Shown here one piece after another: positions 37,002-46,844 of a DNA stretch of 64,000 nucleotides (positions are counted from its first letter, which is position 1; each line of letters opens with the position of its first letter). This DNA is from a phage. The notes under the pieces were generated by a model. That model made no database searches. It was not told the origin of the DNA and worked only from the letters and a program-made list of their open reading frames with translations. The position numbers were made by a program, and so were the translations under genes. Location: NCBI GenBank assembly GCA_012178725.1, contig GCA_012178725.1_3030.1; one strand, written 5' to 3'.

Positions 37002-37294
37002 TATTCACCTACCACTTCAGCGATGATATTTTTGTTATTAAAGTTTTTATCGCAATACAGAACATAATTATACTGCATTACACCACCAGACTTAAGCTGT
37101 TTTTGCACTTCAGCTTTCATTTCAGGACGATCGCGCTTAACGATATTCATAATATCTGCTTCAATTTGAGTTTCAACCTCAGTCTGATCAGCAGTCATAG
37201 ACCATTCGCACAAATCTTTATCATAACCTGCCATAGCAGGCTGAGCAGCACAAGAAGCTAAAGCAAAAATTGTAGCAAAAATAAATTTTTTCAT
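37001..37294 (-). CDS. sp: Spackle periplasmic protein
   Basis: 97-aa ORF with signal peptide MKKFIFATIFALASCAAQPAMA; size and position as T4 sp. Confidence 0.85.
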   Translation of the reverse strand: MKKFIFATIFALASCAAQPAMAGYDKDLCEWSMTADQTEVETQIEADIMNIVKRDRPEMKAEVQKQLKSGGVMQYNYVLYCDKNFNNKNIIAEVVGE

Positions 37295-37322
37295 GATAAT
37301 CTCCTCAGTAGTTTATGTTTAT

Positions 37323-37352
37323 ATAGTATCTCAATTTCCAACAAAAGTAAAC
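37323..37352 (-). promoter_or_regulatory. Early promoter (GTTTAC-N18-TACTAT) upstream of sp
   Basis: Reverse strand reads GTTTACttttgttggaaattgagaTACTAT. Confidence 0.55.
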
Positions 37353-37354
37353 AG

Positions 37355-37654
37355 CTATTTTAAAACTTCTGCGTAATCACATGTTACAAACTGTTTCTCT
37401 AGCTTAACGATCTTACGAAAGTATCTTTTACATTGACGAATCTGTCGCTTAGTAGGGCGCACAGCAAACTTAATAAATTCCACTCGACCAAATGGAGGGC
37501 TTTCTTCTGATGGAATATCTAACACCAATTCCCACGTATCTGCAATAAGTGCTTTGAATTGCGTATTTTTCCTGACGTTATACGGAGTAGGTTTAAATAA
37601 AACAATATGCATATTATCCTCGGCAATCCACTTCACATACTTTCTTGTCATCAA
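37355..37654 (-). CDS. Hypothetical protein (99 aa), 61.4 position
   Basis: Basic ORF. Confidence 0.55.
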   Translation of the reverse strand: MMTRKYVKWIAEDNMHIVLFKPTPYNVRKNTQFKALIADTWELVLDIPSEESPPFGRVEFIKFAVRPTKRQIRQCKRYFRKIVKLEKQFVTCDYAEVLK

Positions 37655-37796
37655 TGAAAGCTTTAACTAATGCTTTATTAACTTCAGCATACTGAGTAGT
37701 AGCCCATTGAACGTCATCTTTCATCATTGTGATTTCTTTAGTAAACATGCTTTCATTCTTAAACCATCCCATAAAAACTACCTTTACCAATTCCAT
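37614..37796 (-). CDS. dmd: Dmd-position 60-aa protein (antitoxin against RnlA/LsoA)
   Basis: 60-aa ORF immediately downstream of gene 41, as T4 dmd; identity by synteny and size. Confidence 0.7.
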   Translation of the reverse strand: MELVKVVFMGWFKNESMFTKEITMMKDDVQWATTQYAEVNKALVKAFIDDKKVCEVDCRG

Positions 37797-37825
37797 AACA
37801 ATCTCCTCATTTAACCAACAAGACT

Positions 37826-37855
37826 ACTATACCATAGTCTCGTCAGCTTGTAAAC
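37826..37855 (-). promoter_or_regulatory. Early promoter (GTTTAC-N18-TATAGT) upstream of dmd
   Basis: Reverse strand reads GTTTACaagctgacgagactatggTATAGT; the -35 overlaps the gene 41 stop. Confidence 0.55.
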
Positions 37856-39282
37856 TAAAATTTTAATTCATTCGCCAAAGCATCTAACTGAGCTCGAGTG
37901 GATTCATTTCTTTGATAGCGATTCTGCTCAGCCTGAATCTGTTGTGAACCTGCTACTTCGTTCACTTCAGTTGGAGTAGAATCTTGTTCAATTTCTACCC
38001 ATTTCTGATTTCCCTTTTGAACACCCATCAAAAACTTATTCCACTTATTCTTATCGCCATATCGTGATTTGATTTGCTTAATGAGTTGTTGTTCAGCAGC
38101 TGCTAGCTCCTCGGTTTCAATGACCGCAAGCATAAAATCGGCTGTTGCTGGAAGACCGGCAGATTCTGCAATATCGCTCATGTTAACATCAGAAGAGTCC
38201 CAAGCTTGTTTACCGACCTGTGCTGCAGTCCAAAGAACAGTTTCGGTTTCAACAGCCAGAGCACGCAATTCCTCTGCAATAGCTTTAACAGTTGTGTAAC
38301 TATTTTCTGAATAAACTCGGATGCGACAAGATTTACAAATACCCAGATAATCTACAATAATGATTGTTGGAACAAAATTCTTCTTGAGCTTCAATTCATT
38401 CAAGAGAGACCTGAATGTATTAGCGTCTGCTCCACCAGTAGGATACTGTTTAACGATTAAACGACCAAGAGTAGATTTCTCACGCCATTTTTCCATTTTT
38501 CCTTTATACTCAGCGTAAGAAATATGCCCATCATCAATGTCATCAAGAGAAACATCAAGCATATTAGCATCAATACGCTTAGCACAGACTTCTTCTGCCA
38601 TTTCCATGGAAATGTAAAGAACATTATGTCCGAGCTGCAAATAATCTGCTGCCAATGAACACAGACCTAATGACTTACCAACGTTAACGCCAGCCATTAA
38701 AACGTTCAGTGTTCCAGTCTCAGCTCCGCCTTTAGTAATTTTATTTAGAATTCTGAGTTTAAATGGAACTTTACGAGCTTTATTCATATAAGATAGCCAG
38801 CGTGCTTCGTAGTCATCCATCCAATCATGACCAACGTAGCTATCAAATGAAATTGATAATGCTTGGCGCATGATGTCAGGAATAGCACCAACATCCGGCA
38901 TTTTCTTATTTCGTTTTTCCGGAGGAAGCTCAGCATTAGTTTGAATTTCGATTATTTTAGACGTAGCATTAAACATCGCCCTTTGCTGAACATATTTTTC
39001 TGTTTCTTTTACTAACCAGCTGTGGTCTTCTGGAGAATCAGCCAGTTTTGAAATAAGTGTTTTTACACCAGAATATTCTGTTTCAGTAAATGAACTATTT
39101 TCTAATGCAACATTTAACGCATTAATAGATGGAACGCTATGGTACTCATTAACATGAGATTTAATTAATTTGAATGTATTTTTAGCTGGACCACTTTCAA
39201 AATATTCTGAATCCATATATGGCCAAACTTTTGAAAAATAAGCTTGATCAAATATAAGATGAGAAAGAATAATTTCTACCAC
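37855..39282 (-). CDS. 41: Replicative DNA helicase gp41
   Basis: 475-aa ORF, DnaB-like; length as T4 gp41. Confidence 0.95.
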   Translation of the reverse strand: MVEIILSHLIFDQAYFSKVWPYMDSEYFESGPAKNTFKLIKSHVNEYHSVPSINALNVALENSSFTETEYSGVKTLISKLADSPEDHSWLVKETEKYVQQRAMFNATSKIIEIQTNAELPPEKRNKKMPDVGAIPDIMRQALSISFDSYVGHDWMDDYEARWLSYMNKARKVPFKLRILNKITKGGAETGTLNVLMAGVNVGKSLGLCSLAADYLQLGHNVLYISMEMAEEVCAKRIDANMLDVSLDDIDDGHISYAEYKGKMEKWREKSTLGRLIVKQYPTGGADANTFRSLLNELKLKKNFVPTIIIVDYLGICKSCRIRVYSENSYTTVKAIAEELRALAVETETVLWTAAQVGKQAWDSSDVNMSDIAESAGLPATADFMLAVIETEELAAAEQQLIKQIKSRYGDKNKWNKFLMGVQKGNQKWVEIEQDSTPTEVNEVAGSQQIQAEQNRYQRNESTRAQLDALANELKF

Positions 39283-39291
39283 ACTTACTCC

Positions 39292-39654
39292 TTAAAAGAA
39301 TTTAAATTTTTTCTTTGACCTTTTATTAAATGCATCTTGCAGTTGCATTGTAATACATTTTTCTACATGAGGAGCTAACTCAGCTTTTCTTTCTTGGTCA
39401 AGAACAGCAAAGTCCATTACGACTTTTCCATCAACCCAATCTAATTTTGTCACATACACAATGTGTGTAGAACCATCTTCTAGTTTAATGACAATCTCCT
39501 GGATAACATTTTCCATGGCAGATTTAATTATCTTAAGAGATTCATTAAAAAGACGTTCTTTTCTTTCTTCTTCCCCCTCCGAAGAGGGGGATTCATCGAT
39601 AATTTCTAGATCTAAATCTAAATCATCTTTATTCATTAAATTCTTCCATATCAC
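39292..39654 (-). CDS. 40: gp40-position protein
   Basis: 120-aa ORF between uvsX and 41; contains an in-frame UUCG hairpin (ccccctccgaagaggggg). Confidence 0.6.
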   Translation of the reverse strand: MIWKNLMNKDDLDLDLEIIDESPSSEGEEERKERLFNESLKIIKSAMENVIQEIVIKLEDGSTHIVYVTKLDWVDGKVVMDFAVLDQERKAELAPHVEKCITMQLQDAFNKRSKKKFKFF

Positions 39655-40810
39655 TTAACTGTTCGAGGTCAGTTTCTAAATCAGCAGCTGATTTACTTTT
39701 ACTTTCTGGAGATTTAAATTTTTCAACCTTTGAGTTAATCAATTCATCAACTTCAGCTTCAACAATTTCATTACTATCAATAGCACCTAACTGATAAGCA
39801 CGTTTAATAGCATCTCGGAATGGTTGATGCTTAAATAAAGGACCCCAGAATGTAGTGCAGTTGGTATCTTTTGCACGCCAAGATTTTTCTTCGCGAATCA
39901 TCTCGCCGGTTTCTTCGTCAAGAAATTCACGAGCATACCAACCATTCTTAGGTTTTACTACAAATCCTAATTCTAGAGCCATATCTAACAATCCAGAATA
40001 AGGATCGATACCACCGTCAAATTTAACATCAATAAAGAATTTACTTTTTTCTTTAACGGTACGAGATTTTTCTACATTTAGAACAAATTGATACCCTTGA
40101 AGATCAGAACCATCTTTAATCTGACGCTTACCGATAATGAATACGGTATCAGCCGAATACATTACGCCTGTACCACCTGTCATCACGGTTTTACTAAACA
40201 TTTCAATTGTTTCAATTGTATGGTTAACCGCAACACATGGAATATTTTTAATGCTAAAGTAAGGAGTAACAATACGGAATAATGACTTCAGTGATTTAGC
40301 ACGAGTCATATCTGCCACAGATTTTTCATTCAAGGCATCTTCCGTTTCTTTCTTAGAAGCCATATTACCAATTGAGTCGATGAATACTATAACCTTTTCA
40401 CCACGCTCAATAGCTTCAAGCTGATTCACCATATCAATTTTCAGCTGTTCAACTGATTGAATTGGCGTATGAATTACACGTTCCGGGTCAACTCCCATGG
40501 ATCGCAAATAAGCTGGAGTAATACCAAATTCGCTATCATAGAATAGACAAACTGCGTCAGGATATTTGTTCAAATATGCCGCAACCATAGTCAAAGACAT
40601 ATTTGATTTAAAGTGTTTAGAAGGCCCTGCGAAAATAGTTAAACCAGACTGCATACCGCCATCAATCGCACCAGAAATAGCAATATTAAGCATTGGGATT
40701 TTTGTACGGATTACATCCTTTTCATTAAAGAATTTAGATGTAGTCAGTTCAGCAGTCATTTTAGAAGTGGAAGCTTTAATCAAACGGGATTTTAAATCTG
40801 CAATAGACAT
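39629..40810 (-). CDS. uvsX: Recombinase UvsX (RecA-like)
   Basis: 393-aa ORF with Walker A GPSKHFKS; matches T4 UvsX. Confidence 0.95.
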   Translation of the reverse strand: MSIADLKSRLIKASTSKMTAELTTSKFFNEKDVIRTKIPMLNIAISGAIDGGMQSGLTIFAGPSKHFKSNMSLTMVAAYLNKYPDAVCLFYDSEFGITPAYLRSMGVDPERVIHTPIQSVEQLKIDMVNQLEAIERGEKVIVFIDSIGNMASKKETEDALNEKSVADMTRAKSLKSLFRIVTPYFSIKNIPCVAVNHTIETIEMFSKTVMTGGTGVMYSADTVFIIGKRQIKDGSDLQGYQFVLNVEKSRTVKEKSKFFIDVKFDGGIDPYSGLLDMALELGFVVKPKNGWYAREFLDEETGEMIREEKSWRAKDTNCTTFWGPLFKHQPFRDAIKRAYQLGAIDSNEIVEAEVDELINSKVEKFKSPESKSKSAADLETDLEQLSDMEEFNE

Positions 40811-40887
40811 TCATTTTTTCCATAGGCATCATTATATTTTCCTCACTGGTTAAAGATAGAGTAATTATAACACAATAAATTTAGGCA

Positions 40888-41736
40888 TTAATCAACTGCT
40901 ATTGGATGAATAGCATTAAACTTATGAAATGCTTCTGATTTTTCTTTACGAGAAACACACATGCGAAGAACCTTTAATGGCTCGTCTTCTTCACCCAACG
41001 ATTTTCGTTTTTCAATATTAGAAGTTTTCCAACGAGCTTGCTCTGGAAACTCTCTATTGATTTGCTCAAGCGCTCTATTATGTTTAGAATTACTACGAAT
41101 TGAACTGCACCCGCCAGGAGCTTGTGCTTTTCCAGATACAACCAGATATTTGAACAAGGCCAAATGCGGATAACCTTGATTAATTAAATTGAGAAATGCA
41201 TACATATCTTCGCATAAATCAATTTTTCCATACCCAATTTGTTCTGTCGTAAGTTTTCCGAGATCATACCATGTATTCGTGAATCCATATGAATTTTCAC
41301 GATAATTACCCCAAGATGAAGTAATTTTAAAAATAGGTAGACGAGCATGGCCATGATAATACCCACAATCCATGGCATCCTCAACATATTGAATCAATTC
41401 ATAGAACTGTTCACGAGTCAATTGATTGACTTTATCCACACAACGACGATCATCTCTTTTTCGCATTGAACTCATACGAATAGTAGTATCATCGTCAATC
41501 ATCCAGATTCGTTGACCTGCATACATATCAGTAATTGCTTTACGAGTACCAGCAATTCCATTTACATCATCAGGAATAGTTATAATTTTAGCTCTAGACC
41601 CATAGGCATCATAATAAGCTTTTTCTTCGTGTTCACGCACTACAATATGGGGTTCATAATCAGTCGGAAACATATCAAGGGCAGAAACTGCCCCAACACG
41701 CTGATAACTTGGAATTACGAATTGAATCATTTCCAC
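40888..41736 (-). CDS. Glycosyltransferase at the beta-gt locus (not T4 beta-gt)
   Basis: 282-aa ORF with DxD-like motif (WMIDDDTT); T4 beta-gt is 351 aa and unrelated in sequence. Confidence 0.6.
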   Translation of the reverse strand: MEMIQFVIPSYQRVGAVSALDMFPTDYEPHIVVREHEEKAYYDAYGSRAKIITIPDDVNGIAGTRKAITDMYAGQRIWMIDDDTTIRMSSMRKRDDRRCVDKVNQLTREQFYELIQYVEDAMDCGYYHGHARLPIFKITSSWGNYRENSYGFTNTWYDLGKLTTEQIGYGKIDLCEDMYAFLNLINQGYPHLALFKYLVVSGKAQAPGGCSSIRSNSKHNRALEQINREFPEQARWKTSNIEKRKSLGEEDEPLKVLRMCVSRKEKSEAFHKFNAIHPIAVD

Positions 41737-42467
41737 TCACCGTTATAATCTTTTTTCACAATATGAGTTTCGCCAGTATTCCACCAATGATCAACCAAGT
41801 AAAAATGACGAGAATATACATGAAGACTTCCAACATTCCATATAATAGAACCTGCTTTATACTGACGAGTTGAATCGCCTGCATTCAAATCAGATACTAA
41901 TTTATCTAATACGTATTTTTGCCATGCATAATCATTACGGAATCCGAAGACCACGTCATTTGAGCGCATGTTAACAACCGCATTGATTTTCTTGTCACGA
42001 ATCAGATACTGTACGGTATTCGTACACATGAAATCTGACATGCCATCTTTATTGTAGTCAAATTGCATGGATGGACGAGTATAAATCATGATACCACGTC
42101 GAGAATCAGGATTTTGACCAAGTTCAGCTAAACACATATCATATTGAGCATAGTTATCTTCTGACCAGATAGCCCAACCATAATTCGAGTTAATTTCACC
42201 TTTAGAAGATGCTACTTGTTGCCAAATCTTCGGTGTTTCACCCGGAATATCTTTAACGAACAAGCTCTTAGATTTATACCATTCAAGTTCACGCTGAATG
42301 TATTCATCATTAAGAGCGCCAAAAATAAACGGTTCATCTGCTATAAATGATGCGCCAATAATTTCAATAGTTTTAACGCCAGTTTTATCAACTACGAAAT
42401 CTTTTTCTTTTAATGCAAGCCCCAAATGAAGACGGATTTCTTCAACTGTCATAGAGTCACTAATCAT
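41727..42467 (-). CDS. 42: dCMP hydroxymethylase gp42
   Basis: 246-aa ORF; thymidylate-synthase-like; length as T4 gp42. Confidence 0.93.
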   Translation of the reverse strand: MISDSMTVEEIRLHLGLALKEKDFVVDKTGVKTIEIIGASFIADEPFIFGALNDEYIQRELEWYKSKSLFVKDIPGETPKIWQQVASSKGEINSNYGWAIWSEDNYAQYDMCLAELGQNPDSRRGIMIYTRPSMQFDYNKDGMSDFMCTNTVQYLIRDKKINAVVNMRSNDVVFGFRNDYAWQKYVLDKLVSDLNAGDSTRQYKAGSIIWNVGSLHVYSRHFYLVDHWWNTGETHIVKKDYNGEWK

Positions 42468-42620
42468 TTAAACCTCAATTGATACATTCATATTTAACTT
42501 GTAACAGTAATAAACCCCAACCTAAAATAATAGTTGGAATCATAAGAGGAACCGTTACACTATAGTATATACTTATTATAACCATCAAGATTAAAAGCAA
42601 CACTGCTATAATTTTGCTTT

Positions 42621-42872
42621 TCATTCTTTCTCTCTGATGATAATTACCTGATTTGGATGTGCAGACTTTTTGGTTTCACCCGCAATTGACCAAATGAATG
42701 TAATAAACCAACCAATAATTGACCAATTAAACAGTAAAGATGTGAAAAAGATTCCTACTGTCGATTTTGACCCACGCATCAAGGCGATAAACCATGGAAG
42801 CATGTATATAATAATAGCCAACACACCTGAAACTAAAACCATAAAAATTGAACCTGCTACTAAAGTTTCCAT
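42621..42872 (-). CDS. imm: Superinfection immunity protein Imm
   Basis: 83-aa ORF with two membrane helices; size and position as T4 Imm. Confidence 0.75.
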   Translation of the reverse strand: METLVAGSIFMVLVSGVLAIIIYMLPWFIALMRGSKSTVGIFFTSLLFNWSIIGWFITFIWSIAGETKKSAHPNQVIIIREKE

Positions 42873-42879
42873 GTTTTCC

Positions 42880-43260
42880 TCACTTAGTCAAATTTTTTAC
42901 ACATGAATTATAAGAATTCACTACATACTCCATCGGAGCATTTTTACCAGTACGCCATTGGTAATTATTAGCCCAATTAGCCCAAAGCTCGGCGCAGTAG
43001 TTTTCAATTTTTTCTTCGCGTGTAATTACATCCGAATTACGATATGCTTGAGCAGATTCATCTGGACGAATAGCTTCGTCAAAATTCGCCTGCATTTGTT
43101 CGACTGTTTGCTTTGGAGCTTCTTTATAACACTTGACATTAGGATTATAAAACTTGCTTGAACAGTTTACAATTTTTCCTGCATCAGACTGATTTACTAC
43201 CGGTCCTTGATCTACACAACCAGTAAGACCTAATGCAATAACCAAAATAGTGATTTTCAT
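42880..43260 (-). CDS. Predicted lipoprotein (126 aa)
   Basis: Signal peptide with lipobox LTGC. Confidence 0.55.
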   Translation of the reverse strand: MKITILVIALGLTGCVDQGPVVNQSDAGKIVNCSSKFYNPNVKCYKEAPKQTVEQMQANFDEAIRPDESAQAYRNSDVITREEKIENYCAELWANWANNYQWRTGKNAPMEYVVNSYNSCVKNLTK

Positions 43261-43272
43261 AATAATTTCCTC

Positions 43273-43524
43273 TTAAAACTTAACAAATAACTTTAAAGCA
43301 TCTTCAGTTTTAATTCCTTTTCTTACACCCATAACAGAAATTGGCTGTGACTGAAATTTTCCTTTACCATTATAAATTTCTAATCCAGTCACCATTCCAT
43401 TTTGTTCTATAATACCGTAAGTGTTACCTTCATTTTCAAATTCTTTAACTTTAAAAAGTTTATTCGCTTTTTCTGCGTTAACAACTTTTAAATTTTGAAT
43501 AAAATTAGTTTGAATATTTTTCAT
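43273..43524 (-). CDS. Hypothetical protein (83 aa)
   Basis: First gene after a duplicated promoter-leader cassette. Confidence 0.55.
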   Translation of the reverse strand: MKNIQTNFIQNLKVVNAEKANKLFKVKEFENEGNTYGIIEQNGMVTGLEIYNGKGKFQSQPISVMGVRKGIKTEDALKLFVKF

Positions 43525-43582
43525 TTTGTGTTCCTCCGTAGTTGATAGTTGTATAGTACCACAGAGGAACGGTCTTGTAAAC
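43524..43582 (-). repeat. Promoter-leader cassette copy 2
   Basis: About 55 bp nearly identical to 16389-16447, including -35, -10, ribosome-binding site and ATG. Confidence 0.75.
43552..43581 (-). promoter_or_regulatory. Early promoter (GTTTAC-N18-TACTAT)
   Basis: Reverse strand reads GTTTACaagaccgttcctctgtggTACTAT. Confidence 0.6.
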
Positions 43583-43654
43583 AGTTTTGTGAAAAAATTT
43601 TTAATGAATCCAAAAGGTCCAGAATCATCTGTTTTTCATAAGTATAGATTTATA

Positions 43655-43686
43655 TTACTTGTATGAAAAAGGGACCCGGAGGTCCC
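43655..43686 (-). terminator. Intrinsic terminator after gene 43
   Basis: gggacc-UCCG-ggtccc then TTTTTCATAC on the - strand. Confidence 0.65.
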
Positions 43687-43699
43687 CAGATTTATTCTA

Positions 43700-46396
43700 T
43701 CAGCCAAACAGGAAGTCTAACGAAGCTTTTTCTTCATAGTCCATACCAGCCGATTCACACATACCCGCAAGCGGTTTAACAAACGATTTTTGGAACAAAG
43801 TTGAGTAGTCAATCCAAGACAGTACGTCAGAACGAATTTCTTTTGGAAGTTCTGTGCCCGACGGCCAAGCAATACACTTGTCACCAAATGGATTTCCTTC
43901 ACGTAATGGAAGAACCATTACCTTATTTCCATCCAAAATTGGAGCTACACCTAAACCGCTAACAGCTCGACGATAAGTTAGCACACCACGAATATGGAAC
44001 GGGCATTTAAATCCTGGCCAACCTTTATCATCATATTTCGCTATATCGTTCGCAGTTTTTACTTCAGCAATAACTTTATAGTCAAGTTGACGATATTCTT
44101 TCTCGAAGTTCTTGTAATATTCTTGGACAGACTCTTCACCTTCCTGAAGAATACGACGAATACTTTCTTCAAGAGCTTCTTGGACCGCTTTAGGCGTTGA
44201 ACTTTGCTGAGTTTCCATACCCATGATTTTTAGATGCGGTTCAGCAAATCGCTTATCTTCCATATCATAAACATTCAGAGCATAACGCTTTTTCGCTTTC
44301 CAAAATCCACCAACGCCCTTTGAACCAAGCGGAGGGCAAGAAATAGCTTCACGGTCCATATGCATCAGATGCTCGCGGTTATTCATATAATCACATAACT
44401 CACGATATGCAACATCAATCATAGGTTCCATCTTTTTCTTACCGAACTGATTCATAAATTCAACTAAATCGTTCTGCTCTTTGAATCGGTCAAGACCAAC
44501 TTTTTCAATAACTTTATCTACACAAACATATACCGAATCAGTATCACCTGCTGCAATGAAATCTTCACCATTAGTTCCGCATACTTTATTCAGATATTCA
44601 TTAATTTTACGAGCAATCCACTGAATACCGACTTGGCCAAAAATTGTGATAGCAGTAGCATTTCGCAAATCATAGTAACGGAAATGAATATTACCAAGAG
44701 CACCATAAAGACTGTTAATGAGAATTTTACGGTTCAGCTGATTTGTGTTAGCAAGTGTAGCAGCTTTTTCACATTCCTCAATCAGACTATTGAGAACAGA
44801 TTCAGTATAATTCGATAGCTCATTTAAGAAATCATCACTGAACTTAACATATCGTTCAACTTCTGGTTTAGTTGAACAGGACCCTGCGCCTTTCATAATA
44901 ATCTTTTTAATAGCTTCGGCATTCATTTCTTCAGCGAACATTTTCTTTTTCCAATCTTTACGCTGGAAAAATACTTTAGCGATTTCCTTTGGAATGATAC
45001 CTTCTTGATGCTTATCATACATCCATCCATTCGGAGAACAAGAATATTCATCACTTGGTTTAGGAGCTGTTCCTGCGATATATTCATGAATTGGATGAAC
45101 TTTAAACTGTCCACGAATAGTCTCAGGACTAATGTTAACCTGACGAATAATGCTCGGATACAGAGACGTCAAGTCAAAACTCATAATATATCGACGAGCA
45201 ATTGGTTTAGGTTCAAACACAAATGCACCCGGAAAACTCTGTTTAACGTGCGAACCTTGTTGAGGAATAACCTTATGTTCACCTTTCAATGAGTTAAAAA
45301 TAATAGCATCCCAAGTTTTAATAGGACTCATTACACCAGAAAAAGGCATTTTAGCGTAATAAGACATACTTAAAACTAGATCGATAAACCCGCGAATTTT
45401 ATCAATTGCTTGAACTGATTCTACGTCAATGATGTTATAACTAATGTATCGTTGATGATTAGTCTCACGAAGTTTATTAATAGGACCGTCGTATGGTAAT
45501 TTACCTTTTTTGGTTTCATGTTGAGCAACTGATTCCAAAGAGAATGACGGCAAATTAGTAAAAGCGAATTTCTTGTACAAATCTAAATAATCAAGAATAG
45601 ATACGCCATCAATAGAATAAATTTCTTTGCTACCGTACATATTTTGAATTAGTTTAGATTTTACTCGACCGATTGGAGAGAAACGTTTCATACTGCGTTC
45701 GCCCAGAATCATTTTAACACGATTCATGATATACGGAACGTCAAATCCCTCAATATTCCAACCAGTAAAAATAGCAGGTCGTTTCTGTTCCCAGAGATTG
45801 ATATATTCCATGAGCATATCACGCTCATTATCGAATGGCATATAAATTACTCGGTCAAGAATTTCTTGAGGAACTTCATCACCACCTTCACAGTCAAGCT
45901 TAGCAGCTAACTTTGCATCCCATTTTGATACTGAACCGTACATTGAATTCAAAAGGTCGAAAACATAAAAACGATCGTCAATTGAATCGTAATGAGTGAT
46001 AGCATCAATTTCATATTCAGCTTTCATTGGGTCAGGAAATTTATCACCAGTAACCTCAATGTCACAGTTAGCTACACGAACAAATTTTCGGTCATAAACA
46101 ATTTCTGAACCATATGTATCACTGATATAAGCGAGTTTAAAATCGTTCATACCGAGAGCTTCAAGACCGATGTCTTCCATTCGCTTCATCCAATCTCGAG
46201 CATCTTTCATTGATGGAAATTTTTGAGGAGCACAGTTTTTACCATAGATGTCTTTGTATTTTGACTCTTCCTTACAATGCCTAAACATAGTCGGAAGATA
46301 TTCTACTTCACGGGTACGTTCCTTTCCATTTTCATCAATATAACGTTCAACAATGTTATTTCCGACTGTTTCAATAGAGATATAAAATTCTTTCAT
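43700..46396 (-). CDS. 43: DNA polymerase gp43
   Basis: 898-aa ORF with family B polymerase motifs (DTDS, YGDTDS-like); length as T4 gp43. Confidence 0.97.
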   Translation of the reverse strand: MKEFYISIETVGNNIVERYIDENGKERTREVEYLPTMFRHCKEESKYKDIYGKNCAPQKFPSMKDARDWMKRMEDIGLEALGMNDFKLAYISDTYGSEIVYDRKFVRVANCDIEVTGDKFPDPMKAEYEIDAITHYDSIDDRFYVFDLLNSMYGSVSKWDAKLAAKLDCEGGDEVPQEILDRVIYMPFDNERDMLMEYINLWEQKRPAIFTGWNIEGFDVPYIMNRVKMILGERSMKRFSPIGRVKSKLIQNMYGSKEIYSIDGVSILDYLDLYKKFAFTNLPSFSLESVAQHETKKGKLPYDGPINKLRETNHQRYISYNIIDVESVQAIDKIRGFIDLVLSMSYYAKMPFSGVMSPIKTWDAIIFNSLKGEHKVIPQQGSHVKQSFPGAFVFEPKPIARRYIMSFDLTSLYPSIIRQVNISPETIRGQFKVHPIHEYIAGTAPKPSDEYSCSPNGWMYDKHQEGIIPKEIAKVFFQRKDWKKKMFAEEMNAEAIKKIIMKGAGSCSTKPEVERYVKFSDDFLNELSNYTESVLNSLIEECEKAATLANTNQLNRKILINSLYGALGNIHFRYYDLRNATAITIFGQVGIQWIARKINEYLNKVCGTNGEDFIAAGDTDSVYVCVDKVIEKVGLDRFKEQNDLVEFMNQFGKKKMEPMIDVAYRELCDYMNNREHLMHMDREAISCPPLGSKGVGGFWKAKKRYALNVYDMEDKRFAEPHLKIMGMETQQSSTPKAVQEALEESIRRILQEGEESVQEYYKNFEKEYRQLDYKVIAEVKTANDIAKYDDKGWPGFKCPFHIRGVLTYRRAVSGLGVAPILDGNKVMVLPLREGNPFGDKCIAWPSGTELPKEIRSDVLSWIDYSTLFQKSFVKPLAGMCESAGMDYEEKASLDFLFG

Positions 46397-46404
46397 AGAT
46401 ATTC

Positions 46405-46435
46405 CTTAGTTTATAGCCCGAGTTATTAGGCTCTT
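46405..46435 (-). promoter_or_regulatory. Putative gp43 translational operator hairpin next to the ribosome-binding site
   Basis: Leader GAGCCUAAUAACUCGGGCUAUAAACUAAGGAAUAUCU-AUG; hairpin immediately 5' of AAGGAA. Confidence 0.4.
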
Positions 46436-46444
46436 GATATATTA

Positions 46445-46470
46445 TACTCCAAATAAGGGGCCGAAGCCCC
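46445..46470 (-). terminator. GGGGCUUCGGCCCC hairpin after regA (terminator-like), with TATAAT just downstream
   Basis: Hairpin followed by UUAUUUGGAGUAUAAU on the - strand. Confidence 0.55.
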
Positions 46471-46474
46471 TTGC

Positions 46475-46843
46475 TTAATTACCAATCGTATATTTAGGAA
46501 CGAGTTTCCATTCATGTTTTTGTTTAAAAGAAATAACTCGGAAGTTATTAGTTAAATCTTTCATAAAAGTTCTTTGACCAGGAACGATTTCAATCAGTCC
46601 CCAATCTTCTAACAACCATGCAATCGAATCACGACGAACTTCATCTTCTTCTGTCATTTCAACTTGGCGACCATCCATACGAAGCATTTCTTTAAAATGA
46701 ACGATATAGTATAGTCCTTTTTTCTGAAGAATATGACAGGACTGATACAGAACTTTATCTTTATTATTAGCAATTCCCATACGAGTCAAAGTTTCTTTTA
46801 CTTTCAGAAAATCTTCAGGTTTTTTAAGAGTAATTTCAATCAT
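46475..46843 (-). CDS. regA: Translational repressor RegA
   Basis: 122-aa ORF matching T4 RegA as recalled. Confidence 0.93.
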   Translation of the reverse strand: MIEITLKKPEDFLKVKETLTRMGIANNKDKVLYQSCHILQKKGLYYIVHFKEMLRMDGRQVEMTEEDEVRRDSIAWLLEDWGLIEIVPGQRTFMKDLTNNFRVISFKQKHEWKLVPKYTIGN

Positions 46844-46844
46844 T

